Source: a virus. From it: a DNA stretch of 22,499 nucleotides. Both the position numbers and the translations under genes were made by a program. Positions 11,956 through 20,458 of the stretch are shown here, one piece after another (position 1 is the stretch's first letter; every line of letters begins with the position of its first letter). A model generated the notes under the pieces. That model made no database searches. It was not told the origin of the DNA and saw only the letters and a list, made by a program, of their open reading frames with translations. Where the stretch lies: IMG/VR virus record IMGVR_UViG_3300048080_000333. One strand, given 5' to 3'.

Positions 11956-12033
11956 CCGTCCGTGGCCGAGTCGGAACGAGGCAGCGGGTTTCTACCCCGC
12001 CGGATGCAGGTTCAAGTCCTGCCGGACGGTCCA
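11956..12033 (+). tRNA. tRNA-Arg(TCT)
   Basis: GCGGG-TT TCT AC-CCCGC; CCA. Confidence 0.88.
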
Positions 12034-12038
12034 AACAT

Positions 12039-12112
12039 GACGACGTGGCCGAGAGGCGAGGCGGGGGTCTGCAAAGCCCTTGATGCCAGTTCGATTCTGG
12101 CCGTCGTCTCCA
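12039..12112 (+). tRNA. tRNA-Cys(GCA)
   Basis: Cloverleaf; U73; CCA. Confidence 0.9.
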
Positions 12113-12120
12113 AACTGTGT

Positions 12121-12209
12121 GGGTAGGTGCCGGAGTGGGCGAATGGGCCGGGCTGTAGACTCGGCGTCCTTCGGGGCCATCGGTGGTTCAAATCCATCCC
12201 TGCCCACCA
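12121..12209 (+). tRNA. tRNA-Tyr(GTA)
   Basis: Cloverleaf, long variable arm, CCA. Confidence 0.92.
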
Positions 12210-12258
12210 AGTTTTCATTCGATGCGCCCACTCTACTGAACGGTGGTGTTAAGACGTA

Positions 12259-13002
12259 GTGTCAGAACGCAACGACGCTCCTCCTGTACCCTTGCCAGTG
12301 CCCCCAGACGGCGCTGATCCTCGGATATGGCGCCGGTATATGAGCGAACAGAATTTGAAGGGCAACGAACACCAGTCCTACGACGAGTTTCTGCAGAAGG
12401 ATGAGGAAAAGCGGCGGCGGCGCGACGAAGAGGTGGAGGCCAAGAAGGCGGCGAAAGAGGCCGCGGACGTGGCCAGAGCCACTAAGAAATCGTATGCGCC
12501 CGCGAATCTTTTCGAGGGACTCGATCTTGGTGCCGTCACGGACCTCGCATCGAGCCTGCCGCTAGAATGGCAGCGCGAGTTCCGGCGCGAAGTGGCGCGC
12601 ACGAAGGCGTATATCGCCAAGTTCGCGGACGCCGAGCCGGTCGTCCTTCTTATCGAAGAGTACGTCTATCTGGGATTCGTCGTCCGGGCGGTGTCCGTCG
12701 GCATTACGGCCGGGCAGTTCGACAAGAAAACCGCCGAGACTGCTGACATTCTTCTTCGGCGCCGCACCGAGATGGCGAGTGCGCTCGAACTTACGCCCGA
12801 AGCGAAGCGCAAGCGCGGCGGCCCGACCGAAGCGACCATCGCGGACGCCCTTGAGGCGTCCCAGAAGGCCGTTGCGGTCGCGCGTTCGGGTCGGCTCGAC
12901 CGCCGGACCCGGATGGCACAGATGCTGGCTGACAAGACGAACGACGCCGTGCGATCCCTGAAGCCCGCAGAGGACGCCACCACGGAAAACGCTGATGACT
13001 AA
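12259..13002 (+). CDS. terS: Probable terminase small subunit
   Basis: Overlaps the TerL start; helical; ALELTPEAKRK resembles the LGLTPxxR motif of P27-type TerS; start uncertain. Confidence 0.6.
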   Translation: MSERNDAPPVPLPVPPDGADPRIWRRYMSEQNLKGNEHQSYDEFLQKDEEKRRRRDEEVEAKKAAKEAADVARATKKSYAPANLFEGLDLGAVTDLASSLPLEWQREFRREVARTKAYIAKFADAEPVVLLIEEYVYLGFVVRAVSVGITAGQFDKKTAETADILLRRRTEMASALELTPEAKRKRGGPTEATIADALEASQKAVAVARSGRLDRRTRMAQMLADKTNDAVRSLKPAEDATTENADD

Positions 13003-14599
13003 GGCGCTCGACGGGGTTCTTCGGGAGGTCGTGGGCGACCTCTACCTTCGGGACGGCCGGCTGTCCATCGACGCTCTGCTTGATCTCGTGCAGTTCATCT
13101 GGCCCGATATCAGTCTGTACCCCCATCAGGAACTGATCGTCGAGGAGGCGTTTGTTCACCCCGAATTGTTCATCGAGATGTCCCGGGGCGGCGGGAAGTC
13201 GTGGCTCATGGGCCTGATCGCCATACTGAAAAAGGTCCTGTGGCGAGGCCGTCGCGTCATCTTCTCCGGGCCGTCCTACCGCCAGTCCCTGCACCCTTTC
13301 CACTACGAGCGGGAACTGATCGAGGCGAGCCCGTATCTCCCCGCGGTCGTCGAGATGACGGGTGCTCGGAAGATAGGGAAGGAAAGTTCGCTCATCGCTG
13401 AAATTCGCTTCACGAACGGCTCGTCGAGCACTGCCCTGCCCGCCAGCGACGTGAAGATCGTCGGCGAGCGCGGCAGCGACATCGTGGTCACCGAGGCGTT
13501 CATTTACTCGAAGCAGATGCTGACGGAGACCGTGACGCCCATGCTGGCGGGAGCGAAGCGGTATCCCGGCATGCCTCGGTCAATCATTTACGAGACGACG
13601 GCTGGCTATCAGCATCAGGAAATGTACGCGATCCGGAATCACATCGTCGAGCAGGTCGCGGCCGGGAACCCCGAATATGGATTCGTGTCGCTGAACATCG
13701 ACGACCTCAAGTCGTCCGGATACTTCCCCCCGGACGCGCTCAAGCGCATCGAGGCGCAGCGCCTCATCGACGAGCGTCGCTATCAGAACCAATACGGAAC
13801 GGTATGGCTGACCAGCGCGGGCACGTTTTACAGCCTTGTGTTGCTGACGCGGCTGGATCTCCACCGGGCCGAAATCCACTTCCTCGCCGAGCCGGGGTGG
13901 ATGTATGTGGCGGGGTTGGACGTCGGATGGGGCGAGAGTGAGACGGCGGCCGACTCGGCGTTTGCCGTGTGGCGCATCAGGTTGGTCGGTGGCGTCCCCG
14001 ACATCGCGTATCCCCCTGAACTCGTCTACGTCGATGCGTGGCACGGGAACGGCACGAAGGACCTCGCGCGCGACTTGGCGGGGATGCTCAAGCGATTCGA
14101 CGTGTCGATGCTGGTTGTGGACGCCCAGGGCGCGGGTATCAACGTGGTGAGGGAACTCCGCGAGGTCCACGGATTCGTCGAGACGAACGACGGCGTCTAC
14201 CAGGGACGGCGTATCGTTGTGAGGTACCCGCACACCGCACAGGTCATCAACGAGGATCACAACTCGTTCAAGGGGCGGGTCATCGACGGTTCTGTGTCGT
14301 TTCCCGCGTATCCGGCGGGCGGTGAGGCCTTGCGGGTATACGACCTTATTCAGACCGGGCTTCAGCAGTTCGCCGATCTGAAGCACAAGGAACTGCCGAG
14401 CGGCTGGTCGCACTTTTTTGTTCCATCTGGGCACAAGAAAGACATCGCGTACGCGATTCTCTACGGTTGGCATGCCGCGATGGAGAAGTTGCGCCCACCG
14501 GATCGACCGGCACCACGCCCTTCCGGATCCCCGGTTATAGCGGCTTCGGAGTTTGCGAAGTCGATGGGTTTGGGTTTGGACCCATTCGATCTGTTGTAG
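12995..14599 (+). CDS. terL: Terminase large subunit
   Basis: LYPHQ adenine-binding motif; Walker A SRGGGKS; Walker B-like DIVVTE; motif C ETTAG; nuclease AGLDVG...DSA...VVD...KKD. Confidence 0.93.
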   Translation: MTKALDGVLREVVGDLYLRDGRLSIDALLDLVQFIWPDISLYPHQELIVEEAFVHPELFIEMSRGGGKSWLMGLIAILKKVLWRGRRVIFSGPSYRQSLHPFHYERELIEASPYLPAVVEMTGARKIGKESSLIAEIRFTNGSSSTALPASDVKIVGERGSDIVVTEAFIYSKQMLTETVTPMLAGAKRYPGMPRSIIYETTAGYQHQEMYAIRNHIVEQVAAGNPEYGFVSLNIDDLKSSGYFPPDALKRIEAQRLIDERRYQNQYGTVWLTSAGTFYSLVLLTRLDLHRAEIHFLAEPGWMYVAGLDVGWGESETAADSAFAVWRIRLVGGVPDIAYPPELVYVDAWHGNGTKDLARDLAGMLKRFDVSMLVVDAQGAGINVVRELREVHGFVETNDGVYQGRRIVVRYPHTAQVINEDHNSFKGRVIDGSVSFPAYPAGGEALRVYDLIQTGLQQFADLKHKELPSGWSHFFVPSGHKKDIAYAILYGWHAAMEKLRPPDRPAPRPSGSPVIAASEFAKSMGLGLDPFDLL

Positions 14600-14632
14600 A
14601 ATTACCATCTGGACTATCACTTTCCCTTGGAG
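14594..14632 (+). promoter_or_regulatory. Candidate phage-specific (late) promoter, copy 2
   Basis: TTGTAGAA-N14-ATCACTTTCCCTTGGAG in front of the portal/head genes. Confidence 0.6.
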
Positions 14633-14638
14633 GCAGAC

Positions 14639-16450
14639 GTGGCCCGGCGAAAGCCCGTTACGACACCAACTGAGCAGGCCTTCGCCGCCGTCATCGACAC
14701 CGTGACTGGCGGTGTTGGCCTTGTGGAGCAGGGTTCGGGGCTATTCAACAAACTCGCACATGCCCTGTTGACCCCAATGCTTTACGAGCGCGCACAGGCC
14801 TCCCACGGGAATCGGCGCATGGACGCCGTCCCGTCTTCCCCATATACGCGGGGATCCGGTGGGAAGGCCAGCACGACAGCGTATCAGTGGCTCACTGGCA
14901 CGATTATGCCGAGCCTTCGTATGCGGCTCGTGCCCGCCGAGGATGATTTCACGGCTATCGTCGGCCGCGTGGATTTCTACCGCAAGCATATTCCATGGGT
15001 GAACCGCGGACTCGTCCTACGGGCGGGTCTCAACGCCAGCGAGTTTCGGATCGACGCCCCGGGTTTGCCAGAGCAGGCCGAATGGATGCTCGATTTGAAG
15101 CGGGGTCTGCGCCTGTTCTCGCTGATGCGTGAGTTCTTCTGGGAACTCCGTGCCTACGGTCAGGTCGTCGTGCTCTGGAAGACACTCCCTGCCAATCAGG
15201 CAGTGGCGGCGGAAGGTCGAAAGCCTCTTTCCATCGAGTGTGCGAATCCACTTGTTTACCAACCTCGGTTCAATCCGAAGTCAGGTATGGAACCGCGGAT
15301 CGTTGTGGTCCCGGCGAACGATTCAGAACTGGTGAAACTGGTCGGTGAGGCCCAAAGCGGCGACGACGCCACGAAGACCCGTGCCCAGGCACGGTTGAAT
15401 GCTTATCCAAAGCCGTTCCGTGACGCCGTTGGTGGAGGGGTGGCCAGTCTGACGAAGGCTGAGATCCCCGTCGAGGACCTGGAAAAGTACGGTTACCACT
15501 TCGAGTACGCCGCACTCGACCGAAGGCACTGGGAAAACTGGGCCTTCCCTGGTATGTACAGCATCTTCCCCTACTTGGAGATGCTGATGCTGGCAGACGA
15601 CGCGGACATCAATGTGCTGCACCACTACAAAGCCGGTATTCTGCTGGTGAGGCTGGGGCCTCCCGAGCCGAAGGCCGGTGATGAAGGTCTGATCGCAGGC
15701 GAGCCCGAACTCAAGGCCATCGACAAGAAACTCGCCGAGATGGTCAAGATGCGGCTCCCAGCCTGGGCGGCCCGCGGTGACCTGCGAATCGACTGGATCG
15801 TCCCGCCCGACCACCTGATGAACCCTCAGAAGGTCGCCTCCGCCAAGGAGAAAACGCTCGACTGGCTTGGCTTCCCGAAGATCGCGTGGCCAGGGCAAGA
15901 TGTGGGCGGAGCGTTCGCTACGATGCAGTCCGCGCTGAAGTTCCTTCAGGTGGAAAGCAACGACGAGCGTGCTATCGCGAAGGAACTGTTCGAAGCGATG
16001 TTTTACGGCTGGTCGAAGGCGTCGAACAAATTCAAAGCAGCCGTATGGCCCCGAGCGCGGTTCGACCCGAACGCATTAATGGAGCCTCGGACGCTTCTCG
16101 AACTTGCTCGGCTCTACCAATCGCTCGGCGGCGCCGATGAGCAGACCATCGCGGAGATGTTCGGTTACGACTCCGAGGTTTGGCTCGCCCGGCGTATCGA
16201 GACTGCCGCATGGAAGAAAAAGTACAAGACGGATTTCTCGCCCGAGTTTGTGCCGGCGCGCAGTTCGCCCGCCGCAGGTCAACCAACTGGGCGCCCCGTA
16301 ACAACGAATCAACCGACTCCTGAAAGGGACGCGGATCAGCAGCCCAGACCGTCGCTGGAAGTCGCCGTTGAAGTAGCGGCGCGGGAATACGGAATCAACC
16401 CGGACGAGTTTCGTGCGGCTGTTGAAGCCGAGGTCGTTCTAGCCGAGTAG
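14639..16450 (+). CDS. Portal protein
   Basis: Follows TerL; ~600 aa; FFWELRAYGQVVV, ILLVRLG and WLGFP segments; C-terminal GRP tail; SD GGAGG before GTG 14639. Confidence 0.8.
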   Translation: MARRKPVTTPTEQAFAAVIDTVTGGVGLVEQGSGLFNKLAHALLTPMLYERAQASHGNRRMDAVPSSPYTRGSGGKASTTAYQWLTGTIMPSLRMRLVPAEDDFTAIVGRVDFYRKHIPWVNRGLVLRAGLNASEFRIDAPGLPEQAEWMLDLKRGLRLFSLMREFFWELRAYGQVVVLWKTLPANQAVAAEGRKPLSIECANPLVYQPRFNPKSGMEPRIVVVPANDSELVKLVGEAQSGDDATKTRAQARLNAYPKPFRDAVGGGVASLTKAEIPVEDLEKYGYHFEYAALDRRHWENWAFPGMYSIFPYLEMLMLADDADINVLHHYKAGILLVRLGPPEPKAGDEGLIAGEPELKAIDKKLAEMVKMRLPAWAARGDLRIDWIVPPDHLMNPQKVASAKEKTLDWLGFPKIAWPGQDVGGAFATMQSALKFLQVESNDERAIAKELFEAMFYGWSKASNKFKAAVWPRARFDPNALMEPRTLLELARLYQSLGGADEQTIAEMFGYDSEVWLARRIETAAWKKKYKTDFSPEFVPARSSPAAGQPTGRPVTTNQPTPERDADQQPRPSLEVAVEVAAREYGINPDEFRAAVEAEVVLAE

Positions 16451-16454
16451 TTGA

Positions 16455-18092
16455 ATGCCCTACAAGCAGAAGGCCGACGGGTCCATAGGGTCGGTACCCG
16501 TCCCGGTCGAAAGGCTTCGTCTGCTCGACCACGCTGAGGCTCTCGCGTTGCCCTCCGCGACGCCAACAAAAGTTTTCGCGGAATTCCGCCTGCTGCAGTT
16601 CAACGTTCCGAACGCGAACGGAGATGCGTTCCGCCCAGAAGACATCACGGACGACATTGTGGCGGCCTTCGCGGGTGGAACGCCGGTTTACCTCGACGAT
16701 GACCTCGATGAGCACCCTGACCAGAAGGGGCGCGCGACGACGCGAGCCCGATTCCAGGGGGGCTCGGTCGTAGCGGCGGAGAAGCGAGAGGACGGGCTCT
16801 ACGGTATCGGCGCGTTTCAGCGCGAAGTGCTGGAGGACCGAGGAATCAAAGCGGCCTTACTGACCAACTACTCGGTCAGCATGGAAGTCATCTTCGACCG
16901 TACGAAGGCGTTCTACCTCAAGGGGACCGAGACCTACGATTACGGGACGGCGCTCGATAAGGGCATCGCGTCTCCGGTCGGGACGCCTGACGACCGGACG
17001 AAATACGACGCCCGGTACCTCCCCCCGATGGAATTTCACGCGCTGGCACTCCTGACAAGGGGTCGCAACGCGGACAAGAGCGCCGATGTGCTCCGCGCCG
17101 CGGCGAGTCAGCAGGAGGGTCTGATGGAAAACCTGATCGCCTGGGCGGAAGCGGACGCCGCGCACTACGAGGCTTTCATGGCCCGAGTCGTGGACGAAGC
17201 GACCGCCGCCGAACTGACCTCGAAGGTCCGCAAGGGACTCAAGAAGAGCCAGTTCGCCTACGTTGACGAGGATGGCGAGGGGCATCTGCCGATTCACGAC
17301 GCGATGCATGTCAAGAACGCCCTCGCCCGCCTGAACCAAACCGACATTTCCGAGTCCGCCAAGCGGTCTGCCCTGAAGAAAATCCGGAAGGCGGCAAAGC
17401 GGTTCGGTGTCGAGGTAGACAAGAAGAGTGATGTCGTCAAGCAGTACGGCGACATGCACGACGACTCGATGGAAGAGCACATGTCGGCGATTCGGGACGC
17501 TTTCTACAAGAAATTCTCGCAGAACAGCCCGGACGTCTATCCCTACATCGTCAAGACGTACGATGACTACATCGTCGCCGAAGTCGGCGACAAGACCTAC
17601 CGCGTGGACTACAAGCAGGCCGACGACGGCGTTGAGTTCGGTGACAAGGTCGAAGTCGAGGTCCGCTACGTCCCCGTAAAGGACAAGGAGAAAGCCGCCG
17701 TGGAAGAGACCCCGAAGGGCAAGATCGACGCGCCAGTCGTTGTGGCGCCGCAGGCAGATACCCTGACGCCTGAGAAGCGTCTGGAGATCGAGCAGGCGGC
17801 CGTCGAGGCGTACAAGGCCAAGGAGAAGCAGGCCGCCGACCGTGTCAAGGAACTCGGCGAGATTCTCCCTGTCGCCGATGACGAGCGCGAGGTCGTTGAG
17901 AAGACGGCCCGAGAGGCCGACGACAAGGCCTACGCGGACTACAAGATCGAGCGACTCAAGAGGGCGCTGGAGGCCATTCGCAAGGACAAGGCCACGGCGA
18001 CGAAGGGTGACGAAATCCCGATCACGCTTTCTGGCGGAAAGCAGCCCAACACGGCACCCGCCAATCCGTTCTACGTGGCGCCGCCTCAGTAG
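16455..18092 (+). CDS. Prohead protease/scaffold fusion with an inserted DUF6582-like domain
   Basis: PNANGDAF, H, SVSME and FHALALL protease-like N-domain; SQFAY...LPIHDAMHVKNALAR insert; acidic coiled-coil C-terminus; lies between portal and capsid. Confidence 0.75.
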   Translation: MPYKQKADGSIGSVPVPVERLRLLDHAEALALPSATPTKVFAEFRLLQFNVPNANGDAFRPEDITDDIVAAFAGGTPVYLDDDLDEHPDQKGRATTRARFQGGSVVAAEKREDGLYGIGAFQREVLEDRGIKAALLTNYSVSMEVIFDRTKAFYLKGTETYDYGTALDKGIASPVGTPDDRTKYDARYLPPMEFHALALLTRGRNADKSADVLRAAASQQEGLMENLIAWAEADAAHYEAFMARVVDEATAAELTSKVRKGLKKSQFAYVDEDGEGHLPIHDAMHVKNALARLNQTDISESAKRSALKKIRKAAKRFGVEVDKKSDVVKQYGDMHDDSMEEHMSAIRDAFYKKFSQNSPDVYPYIVKTYDDYIVAEVGDKTYRVDYKQADDGVEFGDKVEVEVRYVPVKDKEKAAVEETPKGKIDAPVVVAPQADTLTPEKRLEIEQAAVEAYKAKEKQAADRVKELGEILPVADDEREVVEKTAREADDKAYADYKIERLKRALEAIRKDKATATKGDEIPITLSGGKQPNTAPANPFYVAPPQ

Positions 18093-18124
18093 GCGCCTAG
18101 ACTAACTGAGAGAGGGATACGAGC

Positions 18125-18604
18125 ATGGCGCTGAAAGGTTTCTCGGAGAGTCTTGGCGCTCGCGGCGTTATGGGCGACCTGAAGGTCGTCGCTGCGGCGT
18201 CGGCCGGCGTACTCTACATGATCGGCTCCGGCGAGAACTATGTTCAACTCGCTTCGCAGGCCGTCGCATTCGTCCTGGACTGGGACGTGACCGCGGCTGG
18301 TGTCGAGGCGACGGATGTCCTGCTGGGCACCGAGGTCCAGGAAACCAAGGTGGATTCGCAGGCGCGGCTTCGCCCGCTTGCACCCGGCGACACGATCCGC
18401 ACGAATCAACTTGCCTCGGGTTCGGACACGGGAGCCATCAGCGGAACCACGGCCTTGAACGCGGCCCTGGGTATCGACCCGGCGACCGGCAAGTTGCGAG
18501 CCAAGCAGGCTACGGACGTGGAACTGTTCCGAGTCGCGTCCGACGGCGGCAATCTCTTCGACACCGACGGCTCGATCTGGGCCGAGGTTGTGGCCCTGAA
18601 GTAA
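18125..18604 (+). CDS. Probable head decoration/cement protein
   Basis: 159 aa, Gly/Ala-rich, immediately upstream of the major capsid gene; SD GAGGG. Confidence 0.6.
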   Translation: MALKGFSESLGARGVMGDLKVVAAASAGVLYMIGSGENYVQLASQAVAFVLDWDVTAAGVEATDVLLGTEVQETKVDSQARLRPLAPGDTIRTNQLASGSDTGAISGTTALNAALGIDPATGKLRAKQATDVELFRVASDGGNLFDTDGSIWAEVVALK

Positions 18605-18635
18605 GGGCTACCTGGAACAGGAGGATATAACTCAA

Positions 18636-19760
18636 ATGAGCGACCGTAACTCCCTGCTTCTGGGTCGGCCCCTCCGGCCCGTCGAAGCGATGTTGGACGA
18701 GAACGTGGAGGCCATGAAGGCCCGCCGCGCCCAGGCGATGATCCGTAAGACTTCGCAGGGTGAGGGCACACTCATCGGCCAGGTCGAGACGGCCCTCGCG
18801 GCCGAGGATGTGGCCCGGGCGGCCGGCCAGCCCGGCTTGTTGAACCAACAGCGCCCGAACTACATCACGGAGGAGTCCCTGGTTCGATCCTTCGTGACCA
18901 GTTTCGCAGAACTCGCGCTGGAGGGCGAGGGGGACCAGATCCCGGAATTCACGTTCCTGGAGCAGGACACCCCGAAGATCCTCACGGTGGCGTTCTCGCT
19001 CGCGCACGCGGGCGTGCGTCGCCGCGCCGTCTACACCGTCGCCGAGAGCCAGACGACGGGTGGTTGGAAGGAGATCCAGACCGAGCCGGTCGAGATCCCC
19101 TTCATCAACCCCTACTTCCCGCGCAAGCGGGCTATCGTCGAGACGATGGCCAACGACAAGTTGGCGTACGTTATGACGAAGGAACTCGATAACCTTGTCT
19201 TCACCACGCTGACGGCGAGTCTCAAGTCGACCTTTGCCGCCGCCGACAAGGTCTGGACGTATAAGGACGCCGACGTGGTCGGACGCCCGACGGGCAACTC
19301 GAAGACGTCCAGCAAGGGCTTCTGGCCGACGCTCCGTGAAGTCGTGATCCCCTACTTCCAGGGGGCCAGCAAGGCCGACCGCGTCATCAACATCCACGTT
19401 CTGCACACCGACCTGCAGTACATCTATGCGGTCGCCGGCATCGGCACCCAGTCCCTGGGCCAGTACACCGAGCACCAGCAAAAGGTGTACGAGGGCAACA
19501 TTCAGGACATCAACATCTACGGCCACCGCTTCCGTATCATTCCCGAGAACTGGAAGATCGCCTCGGGCGAAATGTTCTGCCGGGTCGGCCCCGTCGCCAA
19601 GATGTGGCTGCCGCCCCAGGGAAGCGTGACGCAGAACGTCATCCGTGAGGACGGGTCGAGCGTCCGGACGCTCCACAGGGTCTACGAGATCCTGAGTCCT
19701 GCGACGTACTGGACGAACGTGCTCAAGAGCACTTGGTCCAAGACCGACTTCTCGGCGTAA
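18636..19760 (+). CDS. Major capsid protein (HK97-type inferred)
   Basis: 374 aa; SD AGGAGG; strong C/G third-position bias; position in module; KELDNLVF helix; downstream hairpin. Confidence 0.8.
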   Translation: MSDRNSLLLGRPLRPVEAMLDENVEAMKARRAQAMIRKTSQGEGTLIGQVETALAAEDVARAAGQPGLLNQQRPNYITEESLVRSFVTSFAELALEGEGDQIPEFTFLEQDTPKILTVAFSLAHAGVRRRAVYTVAESQTTGGWKEIQTEPVEIPFINPYFPRKRAIVETMANDKLAYVMTKELDNLVFTTLTASLKSTFAAADKVWTYKDADVVGRPTGNSKTSSKGFWPTLREVVIPYFQGASKADRVINIHVLHTDLQYIYAVAGIGTQSLGQYTEHQQKVYEGNIQDINIYGHRFRIIPENWKIASGEMFCRVGPVAKMWLPPQGSVTQNVIREDGSSVRTLHRVYEILSPATYWTNVLKSTWSKTDFSA

Positions 19761-19779
19761 GCCTAGCCTACTCTGTGTG

Positions 19780-19802
19780 GGGGTCGCCCTTGTGGCGACC
19801 CC
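19780..19802 (+). terminator. GC-rich hairpin after the capsid gene (terminator or 3' stabiliser; no U-tract)
   Basis: GGGGTCGCC-CTTGT-GGCGACCCC. Confidence 0.6.
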
Positions 19803-19823
19803 TTCACGCCTAACGGAGGTTAG

Positions 19824-20363
19824 GTGGACACGATGTCGATGGATCGACGAGAATTGGATCGCGCCGCTCCGTTGGGCTGGTACTGGGAGGTTGAGTATAT
19901 CCCTGGGCCTGCCAGCAGGGCCGCCGGACGGCTGTATAGTAAAGAGACCATTCACAATGTTCTGACGGACGAGGGTGAGCGGAACCTGCTCGACACCTAC
20001 TTCCGGAACAACAACGTTCCGCCGGCTTTCTTCGTCGGCCTGCACTCAGGCGATTTGAGCGACACGTCGACGCTGGCGAACGTCACCGAGCCATCGCAGG
20101 CAGGCTATGCCCGGAAGACCTTGGCTCGAAACACAACGGACTGGGGTGCTCCCGCGCTCGACGCCGGAGACTACCAGACCACGGGTTTGACGGTCGTGTT
20201 CACATCGGCCTTCACCTCTTGGACGCCGGTCAACAAGATGTTCTTGGCCAGCCAGGCCACTGGAGCGGTTGGCGCGATTCTGCTCGAAGCATCGCTCCAG
20301 GTCACCCGAATCCTGGCGAGCGAGGACGTTCTGAACGTAACACCGAAGGCCAAGGCCCAGTAA
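19824..20363 (+). CDS. Virion structural protein (tail-fibre-associated type)
   Basis: HNVLTDEG...FVGL...EPSQAGYAR...VVF...W pattern; start may be ATG 19833. Confidence 0.7.
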   Translation: MDTMSMDRRELDRAAPLGWYWEVEYIPGPASRAAGRLYSKETIHNVLTDEGERNLLDTYFRNNNVPPAFFVGLHSGDLSDTSTLANVTEPSQAGYARKTLARNTTDWGAPALDAGDYQTTGLTVVFTSAFTSWTPVNKMFLASQATGAVGAILLEASLQVTRILASEDVLNVTPKAKAQ

Positions 20364-20393
20364 CACGGGCTAACATCGAACTCGCTACTCAAC

Positions 20394-20446
20394 GGGGCCG
20401 AGTCCCTGGAGTCCTGCGACTCCGCGGGGCTTGGCCCCTCTAGTTT
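20394..20446 (+). terminator. Long intergenic hairpin with distal T-run
   Basis: GGGGCCGAGTCCC/GGGGCTTGGCCCC plus GGAGTC/GACTCC, then TCTAGTTTT. Confidence 0.55.
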
Positions 20447-20458
20447 TCCGGAGACTGC

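Noticed and set aside
11956-12033. Amber suppressor (CTA) reading of the TTTCTAC loop, or stop-codon recoding
   Set aside because: The 5-bp stem centres TCT (Arg), and TAG, TGA and TAA all end genes normally in this window.
5710-12231. Numerous 60-230 aa ORFs on both strands across the tRNA array
   Set aside because: They are translations or antisense shadows of tRNA genes, lacking SD sequences and protein-like composition.
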